Below the pieces are notes generated by a model. The model was not told where the DNA came from and made no database searches. It saw nothing but the letters and a program-made list of their open reading frames with translations. The translations under genes were made by a program, and so were the position numbers. Below are positions 24,796-34,284 of a stretch of 39,854 bases of DNA, in pieces (within the stretch, counting starts at the first letter, position 1; the number at the start of each line of letters is the position of its first letter). The DNA is from a bacterium (GTDB lineage Bacteria; Actinomycetota; Thermoleophilia; Solirubrobacterales; 70-9): NCBI GenBank assembly GCA_046091265.1, contig JBJTBI010000048.1:1-39854 (forward strand), given 5' to 3'.

Positions 24796-25347
24796 TCATG
24801 ACGCCAATCTCGAATCGATGCATCGACCGATCGCTGCCAAGGGTCCGTCTCCCTGACCGTAAGTCTCCTTGAATCCTTCGGGGTTGGACCTCGCTTCCTC
24901 GACGCATGCGCGCCCAGCCGCGATGAAAGCATCGATCCTCGCCCGGATCTCGCTGCCGAGCTTGTATCGGACGCAGTTCGGGAAGGCCTGTAGTACGCCG
25001 AGAGGATCGCTGCTGTCGCTCCCGCTCCCCTTCCCGTCGGTGGCGAGGAATCCGGCGGGATCCGACACCAGCTCGTTTGCGCAGGTCTCCACTGCGGTGC
25101 CGACCTCGGCAACGAGATCCTCGGTGCCCGAGCGAACGCACGCGGCCATGGCAGCTCTCTTTGCCTTGCCGTAGCGCGACTTGAACGCTTTGGGAGCCCG
25201 GTTGGCCTGTGCAGCACACTGTTTTGCGGCAAACGCCTTGGCCTGCTTGTTCGCGTCGACTCTGGGGTTGGCCTGCGATGCAGGGGCGAAAACGAGCGCC
25301 GAAACCATTCCGACGGCGATTGCGAGTGAGATGCGCTTGGACTTCAT
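24796..25347 (-). CDS. Small secreted protein with three Cys-bracketed repeats, function unknown
   Basis: 183 aa. Strong SD (GAAGGAGG) upstream of ATG 25347. Signal peptide MKSKRISLAIAVGMVSALVFAPASQA. The ORF-track start at 25473 is rejected. Confidence 0.6.
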   Translation of the reverse strand: MKSKRISLAIAVGMVSALVFAPASQANPRVDANKQAKAFAAKQCAAQANRAPKAFKSRYGKAKRAAMAACVRSGTEDLVAEVGTAVETCANELVSDPAGFLATDGKGSGSDSSDPLGVLQAFPNCVRYKLGSEIRARIDAFIAAGRACVEEARSNPEGFKETYGQGDGPLAAIGRCIDSRLAS

Positions 25348-25426
25348 GTGAGACCTCCTTCTGATGCTGCGGATTGAACTGTGCCTTCTGGAACCCCCAA
25401 GGCGAGGGAAAGTTACGGTTCCTGCC

Positions 25427-26083
25427 TCAGGAGAGGATGTCCCTGCTTCCCTTTCCTGCCTCGATATGCGCAACGAGCCGTTCCGCTGCCGCCTCGGGCG
25501 TATCGGTTCCGTCGGGGGCGAGATCGGTCTTGACCCATCCTGGGTCGAAAGCGAATACAGCCACCCCGCTCGATCCCCCCGCCTCCTGCCGCAGGGTCTG
25601 GGTGGTGGATTCGAGGGCTGCCTTGGAGGCCGCGTAGACGCCCATTCCCTTGCGGCCGGCGCTGACCTTGGGAGCGACGACGTTGGCGATGACGCCCTCC
25701 CCCCTCTCCTTCATGCCGGGCAGCAGTCTCCCGGCCAGGACGAACGGCGTCAGGGCATTCAGTTGGAACGAGGAGTCGAGATCCTCGACCGAAATCTGAT
25801 CGACCGCTCCGTCGACTCTGACAGCGGCGTTGTTGATCAGGATGTCCACCCTTCCATGGGCATCCTCCACGCTCGCTGCGAGCTGCTGGGCCTGAATCGG
25901 GTCTGACAGATCGACAGAATGGGTCTCGACCCCGCCGAGTTGGTCTAGAAGTTCCTTCCTGCGTGCCACAGCGGCCACCACGGCCCCCTTCTCGACCAGC
26001 AGACGCGCCGTCGCGGCTCCGATACCGGACGAGGCCCCCGTGACCAGCGCGACCTTCCCTTGCAGTTCGAGGCTCTCGGACAT
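25427..26083 (-). CDS. Short-chain dehydrogenase/reductase (SDR)
   Basis: 218 aa. Cofactor motif GKVALVTGASSGIGAA, NNAA, and catalytic YAASKAA. Confidence 0.88.
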   Translation of the reverse strand: MSESLELQGKVALVTGASSGIGAATARLLVEKGAVVAAVARRKELLDQLGGVETHSVDLSDPIQAQQLAASVEDAHGRVDILINNAAVRVDGAVDQISVEDLDSSFQLNALTPFVLAGRLLPGMKERGEGVIANVVAPKVSAGRKGMGVYAASKAALESTTQTLRQEAGGSSGVAVFAFDPGWVKTDLAPDGTDTPEAAAERLVAHIEAGKGSRDILS

Positions 26084-26090
26084 CGACTTG

Positions 26091-26096
26091 ATGGTA
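26091..26096 (-). promoter_or_regulatory. Putative -10 hexamer (TACCAT on the minus strand) for the leaderless SDR gene
   Basis: TACCAT, then 7 nt, then ATG 26083. No SD. Confidence 0.4.
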
Positions 26097-26146
26097 GACG
26101 GAGCGGACCGGGCAGGATCCCTCCCAAGCGCCGACCTGCCCCCGCC

Positions 26147-26152
26147 TAGAAT
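26147..26152 (+). promoter_or_regulatory. Putative -10 hexamer (TAGAAT) for the NDP-sugar dehydrogenase gene (leaderless or 2-3 nt leader)
   Basis: TAGAAT, then 9 nt, then ATG 26162. No SD. Confidence 0.4.
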
Positions 26153-26161
26153 CAGGTTCCT

Positions 26162-27409
26162 ATGCGCGTGGGAATAGTCGGACTCGGATACGTAGGTTTG
26201 CCGCTGGCGGTTGCGTTTGCCGAGGCCGGCAGCGAGGTGATCGGTCTGGAAACGGATACCGGCAAGCTCGAAGCGCTGAGAGAGCGCAGGAGCTACATCG
26301 ACGATGTCGCCGATTCGAGGATCGCCGCTCTCGGCGACTCCTTACGACCCACCTCCGATCCTGGGGACCTCAGCGTCTGCGATGCGATCCTAATCTGCGT
26401 TCCGACGCCGCTCACATCCACCCGTGAACCGGATCTGACTTATCTGGTCGACGCCGCAACCTCACTCGCCGGAGTTCTCAGAGAGGGCCAGTTGGTGGTT
26501 CTCGAGTCGACCACGTATCCGGGGACCACGCGCGAACGTCTCCAACCGATCCTCGAGGAGTCAGGTCTGAAGGCGGGTGAGGGCTTCTTCCTAGCGTTCT
26601 CGCCGGAGAGGATCGACCCCGGTCGGACCGATCACACGATCCAGACTACTCCGAAGATCGTAGGAGGAGTGACTGGGCGTTGTTCGGAGAAGGCAACTGA
26701 GCTCTACTCGCAGGTTTGCGATCAGGTCGTAGAGGTCTCTGGCCCGGAGGCAGCGGAACTCGCGAAGCTGCTGGAGAACATATTCAGGTCGGTCAACATC
26801 GCCCTGGTCAACGAACTCGCCCAACTATGCGACCGGTTGGGGATCGATGTCTGGGAGGTGGTAGAGGCCGCAGCGACGAAGCCGTTCGGATTCATGCGAT
26901 TCGATCCGGGCCCGGGAATGGGAGGTCACTGCCTCCCTGTGGACCCGTTCTACCTCTCCTACAAGGCTCGTGAGTACGACTTCTCCACTGAATTCATCGA
27001 ACTCGCCGGGAAGATCAACCAGGATCAACCACACTTCTGTGTCCAGAAGATGGAGCGTGCGCTGAGCGATTCGGGTCAGGCGATGAAGGATGCGCGCATC
27101 CTCTTGCTGGGAGTCGCCTACAAGGGCGGAATCGGGGATACTCGCGAGTCGCCCGCCTTGAAGATAATCGGCCTGGCCCGCGATGCCGGTGCGCAGATCA
27201 GCTACCACGACCCCCACGTACCCGAGCTGACCGAGTTCGGGCTCGCGTCTGCGCCGCTGGATCAAGGCCTTGATCAGTGTGATCTGGCGGTCATCGTCAC
27301 AGCGCATCCTGAACTCGATTATTCGAAGGTAGTCGAGAAAGCACCGCTCATTCTCGACCTCCGCGGTGTTACGAGAGACATGGAATCCAACAAGGTGACC
27401 CAGCTTTGA
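26162..27409 (+). CDS. Nucleotide-sugar dehydrogenase (UDP-GlcNAc/UDP-ManNAc 6-dehydrogenase family, WecC/WbpA-like)
   Basis: 415 aa. Rossmann N-terminus MRVGIVGLGYVGLPLAVAFA. AELAKLLENIFRSVNIALVNE. Catalytic Cys context GPGMGGHCLPVDP. GVAYKGGIGDTRESPA. Confidence 0.9.
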   Translation: MRVGIVGLGYVGLPLAVAFAEAGSEVIGLETDTGKLEALRERRSYIDDVADSRIAALGDSLRPTSDPGDLSVCDAILICVPTPLTSTREPDLTYLVDAATSLAGVLREGQLVVLESTTYPGTTRERLQPILEESGLKAGEGFFLAFSPERIDPGRTDHTIQTTPKIVGGVTGRCSEKATELYSQVCDQVVEVSGPEAAELAKLLENIFRSVNIALVNELAQLCDRLGIDVWEVVEAAATKPFGFMRFDPGPGMGGHCLPVDPFYLSYKAREYDFSTEFIELAGKINQDQPHFCVQKMERALSDSGQAMKDARILLLGVAYKGGIGDTRESPALKIIGLARDAGAQISYHDPHVPELTEFGLASAPLDQGLDQCDLAVIVTAHPELDYSKVVEKAPLILDLRGVTRDMESNKVTQL

Positions 27410-28599
27410 GTCCGCGCGTGCTTCGTGTGGGCAGTCGCGTCCGGCATATCGTGTTCGCCCTCGCTCTCTCGAGTGCCTTCGCTCTTTCCAGCGCGGCCGG
27501 CAGTGCTGCTGCCTCGGATGAGTCGGCTCGTGTTTCGCCCCACATCATCGGGGGCACGCTCGCCCCGGCCGGGACCTGGCCTTCCCTGGTCGCCCTGGTC
27601 GCTTCCGGAGGGAATCCGGCTTCCGGTCAGTTCTGCGGAGGGACCTTGATCGCCAAGAGGTGGGTGCTCACGGCGGCCCACTGCCTGGTCGACGCCTCTG
27701 GAAACGCTGTCCCGCCGGGTGACCAGTACGTCTTCGCCGGACAGCACGATCTCACTGCGCCAGGAGAGGAGATAGAGGTGAGTCGGGTCTTGGTCAACCC
27801 GAACTACGACGACACCTCCACTGTCAACGACATCGCTTTGCTGGAGCTCACGAATGCATCGTCACAGTCGGTCCGCCCGGTGATCAAGCCATCCCAGACG
27901 GATTCGTGGCAGCCGGGGGATCCCGCCCTCGTCGCAGGCTGGGGCGGTGTCGTGCCGCAGCCCGTCGGGTGTCCCGGGAGTCCGGGTTGCCCACCCCAGA
28001 CGTATTCGAGTGATCTCAGAGAGGTTCAGGTCGCGGTCGTCGACGACGCCGACTGCAGCGCTGAGTACGGATCGTTTTTCGACTCTCCTTCGATGCTCTG
28101 TGCAGGGATCTATCCGGCCGGCGGGAAGGATGCCTGTCAGGGCGACAGCGGCAGTCCCCTGGAGGTGAATACGCCGGCAGGACGGGCTCTGATCGGAGTG
28201 GTGAGTGGAGGCGAGGGATGTGGCGCGGCGAACTACATGGGCATCTACAACCGCACGGCCAACTACCGGACATGGATAGGCAACTACGCCGCCACCGTCT
28301 CGGGTGCGCCCTCTCCGCTCGGGTTCGGCAAGGTGAAGGTGGGTCGCAAGCGATTCAAATCCGTGACCCTTACCGGAACATCCTCTCTTCCGGCAACGGT
28401 GGCTCAGTACGCGGTCAGCGGCAAGGGCTTCAAGCGGGCCGGAGGAACCTGTGCCACCACGATAGAGACGGACGCCTCCTGCAAGGTGAAGATTCGCTTC
28501 AAACCAGGCAGCAAGAAGAAGCGGAGCGGCTATCTGACAGTCACGTCAGCGAAGGGAACCGTCTACCGCAAGGTGAAGCTGGTCGGCACCGGTCGCTGA
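27406..28599 (+). CDS. Secreted trypsin-like serine protease (S1 family) with a C-terminal Ig-like beta domain
   Basis: Signal peptide, then the mature start IIGGT. Triad contexts LTAAHC, NDIALLEL and DACQGDSGSPL. The C-terminal part (about 100 aa) is basic and beta-rich (SVTLTGTSSLPATV...CKVKIRFKP...GYLTVTS). The TTG start overlaps the upstream stop (TTGA). Alternative GTG 27418. Confidence 0.88.
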   Translation: MSPRVLRVGSRVRHIVFALALSSAFALSSAAGSAAASDESARVSPHIIGGTLAPAGTWPSLVALVASGGNPASGQFCGGTLIAKRWVLTAAHCLVDASGNAVPPGDQYVFAGQHDLTAPGEEIEVSRVLVNPNYDDTSTVNDIALLELTNASSQSVRPVIKPSQTDSWQPGDPALVAGWGGVVPQPVGCPGSPGCPPQTYSSDLREVQVAVVDDADCSAEYGSFFDSPSMLCAGIYPAGGKDACQGDSGSPLEVNTPAGRALIGVVSGGEGCGAANYMGIYNRTANYRTWIGNYAATVSGAPSPLGFGKVKVGRKRFKSVTLTGTSSLPATVAQYAVSGKGFKRAGGTCATTIETDASCKVKIRFKPGSKKKRSGYLTVTSAKGTVYRKVKLVGTGR

Positions 28600-28603
28600 T
28601 CGT

Positions 28604-29956
<1,353 letters not shown>

Positions 29957-30709
29957 TTATGAAGCGGAATCGGACGGCGGTGGAGCGACCTTCAAACGAC
30001 GGTCGTCACCGTACAGAGGAAGCGGGTCGCCGCACATCTCGACCAGACGCGACACGACCCGTTCACCGATCTGCTCCTCGAGCTGCTCAGCCGTGAGGTT
30101 GGTCGTGACCACCAGCGACCTCTCTGCCTCGTAGCGCTCGTTGATCAACGCATAGAGCTGTTCCAGCACCCACTCGGTTCGATTTTCCGACCCGAGGTCG
30201 TCCAGGTGCAGCAGGTCGACCGAGGTGAGTTGGCCGAAGAGGTCCAGATAGGACTCCTCGCCCGGCAGCGAGTCGAAGGTCTGCCGAATCCTCGAGAGCA
30301 GTTGCGGCATCGAGTAGATGGCAGCGGTTCGCCCTGTCTCGATCGTGAGCTTGGAGACGAGCATCGCGAGGGTCGTCTTACCGGTTCCCGAGTTGCCGAA
30401 GAACCAGAGGCCCCGCCCGGAGTCGAGGCTCTCATCGAGCCGATCGCAGTACTCGCGAACCTGGCTGACCACCGCGTCGCTGATCTGTGTCACCGGCGGT
30501 CGATCGAATGAGACTCCACGGTATCTCGCCGGGATCACAGAGGAGACGCCGTGAGACTTCGCCTTGGCGATCTTGCGCTCCCGGCAGCCACATGGGCGAG
30601 CGATGTCCTCAGGCCCCAGGATCCATCCGGAGCCGTCACACGTTCCTTTCGGGCAGACCGAGGGCTCCTCGGCGAGCGCCCCTGAGCCGGCCACTCGTAC
30701 CTCAGCCAC
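29957..30709 (-). CDS. AAA+ helicase-loader-like ATPase (DnaI/DnaC/IstB family) with an N-terminal Cys4 motif
   Basis: 250 aa. The GTG start overlaps the dnaB stop by 8 nt. Walker A GNSGTGKTTLA, Walker B LLHLDDLGSE, sensor VVTTNL. N-terminal CPKGTCDG...PCGC is a putative zinc ribbon. Confidence 0.75.
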   Translation of the reverse strand: MAEVRVAGSGALAEEPSVCPKGTCDGSGWILGPEDIARPCGCRERKIAKAKSHGVSSVIPARYRGVSFDRPPVTQISDAVVSQVREYCDRLDESLDSGRGLWFFGNSGTGKTTLAMLVSKLTIETGRTAAIYSMPQLLSRIRQTFDSLPGEESYLDLFGQLTSVDLLHLDDLGSENRTEWVLEQLYALINERYEAERSLVVTTNLTAEQLEEQIGERVVSRLVEMCGDPLPLYGDDRRLKVAPPPSDSAS

Positions 30710-32123
30710 CTTCCGCGAGGTCGTTCACGGGGGGATCGTCGGTCGCGGTTTGTTCCACCGGTACATCCCTGATCGCCCGATCGGCGAACTTGGGGTATCT
30801 GGAGATGAAGGCCAGCTTGACCACTCCGACAGGACCGTTCCTGTGCTTGGCGAGGATCAGATCGCCGACCCCTGGCTCCTCGGAGTTCTCCTTCGTGTAG
30901 TACTCGTCGCGGTAGAGGAATCCGACTATGTCGGCGTCCTGCTCGATCGATCCTGATTCGCGCAGATCGGACAGGATGGGCCGCTTGTCGGGCCGCTGCT
31001 CGGGTGCCCTCGACAGCTGCGAGACCGCGATCACCGGCACTTCGAGTTCGCGGGAGAGGAGCTTCAGTCCACGGCTGAACTGAGCCACCTGTTCGACCCG
31101 ATTTGCGTGAGTGTCATCGGCTCTGAGCAGCTGGATGTAGTCGACGATGATCAAACCGAGCCCCCTCTCACCGTTCTGGCGCGTCATGTCCGCATGGAGC
31201 CGTCGGGCCTTGGCTCGCAGTTCGAGCAGGCTGAGGTCGGCGGAGTCGTCGATCCACAACGGGGCGTTGGCGAGGCTGTTGTTTGCGCTCATCACCTTCG
31301 GCCAATCGGAGTCCGAAACGACCCCCTTCCTGAGCTTGTCGGAGCTGATCCGGGCCTGAGAGGCAAGGAACCTCTGCGCGAGCTCCGTCTCCGACATCTC
31401 GAGCGAGAAGAGCGCCACCGGGAGATTCGCTTTCAGCGCGACGTTCTCGGCGATGTTGCACACGAAGGTGCTCTTGCCCATCGAGGGTCGTGCGGCAATC
31501 ACGATCAGGTTCCCGGCCTGGAATCCACCGGTCTTGCTGTCGAGGTCACGAAAGCCGGACGGTGTGCCGATCAGCTCGTTGCTGTTCTCGTGCAGGTGCT
31601 GGAGCCTGTCCCACTCGTCGTGGAGGACATCCTCCACCGACTTGAAGTCCGAGATCTGTTCGGTGTGCGCCACCTGGAAGAGGAGCCGCTCTGCGCGCTC
31701 GACCAGCTCCCCGGTGGTGTCGCCCCTATCCACCACCGACTGCTGGATTTCCTTCGCCGCGCGGTCGAGTCTCCGAAGCACGGAGTTCTCTTTCACGATC
31801 TTGGCGTAGTGCGCCGCGTTTCCGGCTGCAGGGACGGTCGCCGCAAGCCCTGTGATCACATCCCGCCCGCCGGCCTGCTCGAGGGTCCCCTGCTGCGTGA
31901 GCCTCTCAGCGACGGTGAGGGCATCGATCGCGGCGTTCTCCTCGTTGAGGGAGAGGATCGCCTGGTAGATCACCCTGTGGCGATCTCGGTAGAAGTCCTC
32001 GGGAGCCAGCCGGACCTCCAGCATCACGGGCTCCACAGCGGCCTCCGAGACCATCATCGCTCCGAGCACCGATTCCTCGGCCTCGAGATTCTGCGGTGGA
32101 ACTACTGTCTGGTCTCCAGCCAA
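30702..32123 (-). CDS. dnaB: Replicative DNA helicase DnaB
   Basis: 473 aa, TTG start. PPQNLEAEESVLGAMM at the N-terminus. Walker A ARPSMGKSTF, Walker B LIIVDYIQL, QLSRAPEQR, and SGSIEQDADIVGFLYRDEYY. Its length argues against an intein. Confidence 0.96.
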   Translation of the reverse strand: MAGDQTVVPPQNLEAEESVLGAMMVSEAAVEPVMLEVRLAPEDFYRDRHRVIYQAILSLNEENAAIDALTVAERLTQQGTLEQAGGRDVITGLAATVPAAGNAAHYAKIVKENSVLRRLDRAAKEIQQSVVDRGDTTGELVERAERLLFQVAHTEQISDFKSVEDVLHDEWDRLQHLHENSNELIGTPSGFRDLDSKTGGFQAGNLIVIAARPSMGKSTFVCNIAENVALKANLPVALFSLEMSETELAQRFLASQARISSDKLRKGVVSDSDWPKVMSANNSLANAPLWIDDSADLSLLELRAKARRLHADMTRQNGERGLGLIIVDYIQLLRADDTHANRVEQVAQFSRGLKLLSRELEVPVIAVSQLSRAPEQRPDKRPILSDLRESGSIEQDADIVGFLYRDEYYTKENSEEPGVGDLILAKHRNGPVGVVKLAFISRYPKFADRAIRDVPVEQTATDDPPVNDLAEGG

Positions 32124-32188
32124 CTCTCGCCAATCCTCATCTTTCTTCCCCGGAACGTCGGTGCAGGGGAACCTCGGTTTTCAGCGCC

Positions 32189-32293
32189 TCGTGATCAGTG
32201 TGCATAGGCCGCCGGTCAGGACCGGCTGTTTGCGGTCGCGACCTTGCATTGCCCGGACCGATGGAGAAAATCACACTCGGGCATCGTGATCAG
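32189..32293. repeat. Repeat and palindrome cluster in the 255-nt spacer upstream of dnaB
   Basis: Direct 10-mer TCGTGATCAG at 32189-32198 and 32284-32293. 16-bp palindrome GCCGGTCAGGACCGGC at 32211-32226. 10-bp palindrome GGTCGCGACC at 32234-32243. ATCACAC(T)CGGG occurs at about 32270 and about 32348. Confidence 0.8.
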
Positions 32294-32378
32294 CCCCGGT
32301 TGCCGCATATGGCGGGAAAATCCGTAACGAATGGAGTCAGGTCTACCATCACACCGGGTGGCGGGGAGCGGGAATCGC

Positions 32379-33818
32379 TCAGAGGCCGAATTCGGCTTCG
32401 ATCCGCCCGTCCTTCTCGGCGGCAACGAGCGCCTCGAAATCCCTCTCGTTCTGATCGGCGTATGCCTCGGCGAAGTCGCTGAGCGCATCCACCATTTCCT
32501 CACAGGTACCGATGTAGCCGGTCATGGCCGCAGCGTCTCCGGATCTCGCATGAGCGTGGGCGAGGCAACTACCGCACAGCCCTGCGTAGTCGGCAAGCCC
32601 TTGAGGCCCCATCTTGCTCAAATCCACCGAGCCCTTCATGTCGCGCAGTTGGCGCACGTAGTACTCCAGCCCTAGACCGAGAGCTCCTGTGACCCAGCCG
32701 AGGAGGGAGTCGCTCGCCGATTGCATGATCCGTTGACCTTGGACCACCCTCTCGCCAGAGTGGGAGTAGGTGCTCGCACCTGCGTACGGCTCGAGTACCG
32801 ATGCGGTGGCCTGTTTGAGCTGCAGGAAGAGAGGATCGTCCTCGCGGTCGCCGACCATCAAGAGCATCATCGCTACCGTGCCCACCGATCCGACCCCTAC
32901 GACCTTCCTCGCTACATCGGCGAATCTGTACCTGTCTATCACCATTCGTCTCTCGGGTGAGAGGGTCTCACTGTAGTCCCGCAATCCCTGCGCGAACATC
33001 TCCGGTCCACCCGGGAGCTGATCGACTGGCACCGTTTCGATCAGCGGAGGCTCGGGTTTGATCTTCCAGGAGTCACCGTCTTTGACCGCGAACTTCCCGA
33101 GCGCTCCGAGCGCGGTGCGGCGTCTGGCCTTCTTGGCCTGTTTTCGAGCGCGTTTCATCGCCTGTTCGTCACCGGAGGCCTCGACCGATGCGAGGATCCT
33201 CTCAACAGGAATCCGGGAATACCACAGGTCCAGGAAACGCATTCCGGCGAACTCACCCATCAAGTCGCGGTAGTAGGTGACTGCCGCTCGAGTTGCGGTT
33301 CGTGACTCCTGTTCGGAGAAGTCCATGTCACGCGCGGCGATCGCGATGCTCGCGACCAACCGCTTCAGATCCCATTCGAACGGGGCAGGGAGTGTTTCGT
33401 CGAAATCGTTGAGATCGAAGACCATGGTCCGATCCGGAGCGGCGAACGCTCCGAAGTTCTCGAGGTGGGCATCACCGCAGGCTTGGACCCGGAGTTCGCT
33501 CGTCGGAGTTCTGGAGAGGTCCCAAGCCATGATGGCGGCTCCGCCCCGGAAGAAGGCGAACGCGCTGTCCAGCATCCGGCCGTACCTAATCGGTACGAGT
33601 TCAGGTACTCGTGATTTTGCCTGCTTCTCGAGGATCGAAACCGGATCCGGGCGGTCGTCCGGTTCCTCCCAGATTGCCTGAGAGGAACGAGGAACTCGAT
33701 CGCGTATCCGCTTCCCTCCTTCCAGTCGCAGGCGCGTCCTCTCGGGAAGTCGATCACGAGGGAGGGAATCCACCGCCTCGACACTGCGGGGAGGTTTGGG
33801 GGTCGGGTCGGAGGGCAC
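32379..33818 (-). CDS. DUF2252-like protein with kinase-type catalytic motifs
   Basis: 479 aa. The GTG start lies 11 nt after the rplI stop. LVPIRYGRMLDSAFAFFRGGAAIMAWDL, CGDAHLENFG and VFDLNDFDE fit what I recall of DUF2252. The last two resemble the HxDxxxxN catalytic loop and the metal-binding Asp of APH/HipA-like kinases. Confidence 0.65.
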   Translation of the reverse strand: MPSDPTPKPPRSVEAVDSLPRDRLPERTRLRLEGGKRIRDRVPRSSQAIWEEPDDRPDPVSILEKQAKSRVPELVPIRYGRMLDSAFAFFRGGAAIMAWDLSRTPTSELRVQACGDAHLENFGAFAAPDRTMVFDLNDFDETLPAPFEWDLKRLVASIAIAARDMDFSEQESRTATRAAVTYYRDLMGEFAGMRFLDLWYSRIPVERILASVEASGDEQAMKRARKQAKKARRRTALGALGKFAVKDGDSWKIKPEPPLIETVPVDQLPGGPEMFAQGLRDYSETLSPERRMVIDRYRFADVARKVVGVGSVGTVAMMLLMVGDREDDPLFLQLKQATASVLEPYAGASTYSHSGERVVQGQRIMQSASDSLLGWVTGALGLGLEYYVRQLRDMKGSVDLSKMGPQGLADYAGLCGSCLAHAHARSGDAAAMTGYIGTCEEMVDALSDFAEAYADQNERDFEALVAAEKDGRIEAEFGL

Positions 33819-33829
33819 CGGAGGTTGAA

Positions 33830-34282
33830 TCAGTGTGCTTCGGCGACGATCGTCTTGATCGAGGCGACGTGACCCTTGGCGACCTCAACTTCGACCATGA
33901 AGGTTCCGGTCTCCCTGATCGGCTCTGGGAGGATGACCTTCTTCTTCTGGATCTTGACGCCTCGAGCTGCTTCGATTGCCTCGGCGATCTCCTTCGAGGT
34001 CACAGAGCCGAACAGCTTCCCGTTCTCACCAGCCCGATGATTGATGGTCAGGACCGTCTTCGAGAGCAACTCAGCGGTCTCTGCAGCCTTCTCGACAGCG
34101 GCGGTCTCGGCCGCCCTTGCCTGCTCGACCTTCCTGCGAGCCTCTTCGAGGGCACCAGCGCTCGCCCCTTGAGCCAGCTTGCGTGGTACGAGGTAGTTCC
34201 GAAGGTAGCCGGGTGCTACGTCGATCGCGTCGCCTCGCGAGCCGAGCCCCTCGACGTCCTGCAGGAGGATCGCCTCCGCCAT
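33830..34282 (-). CDS. rplI: 50S ribosomal protein L9
   Basis: 150 aa. ILLQDVEGLGSRGDAIDVAPGYLRNYLVPRKLA is the canonical L9 N-domain. Confidence 0.93.
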   Translation of the reverse strand: MAEAILLQDVEGLGSRGDAIDVAPGYLRNYLVPRKLAQGASAGALEEARRKVEQARAAETAAVEKAAETAELLSKTVLTINHRAGENGKLFGSVTSKEIAEAIEAARGVKIQKKKVILPEPIRETGTFMVEVEVAKGHVASIKTIVAEAH

Positions 34283-34284
34283 GC

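Noticed and set aside
30702-32123. A possible intein in DnaB, which is common in some high-GC lineages.
   Set aside because: The protein is 473 aa with contiguous helicase motifs and no insertion after the Walker A region, so it has normal length.
31107-32207. A 366-aa plus-strand ORF antisense to dnaB.
   Set aside because: Same reasoning as above. dnaB on the minus strand has complete helicase motifs, while the antisense product is low-complexity and Arg/Leu/Val/Glu-rich.
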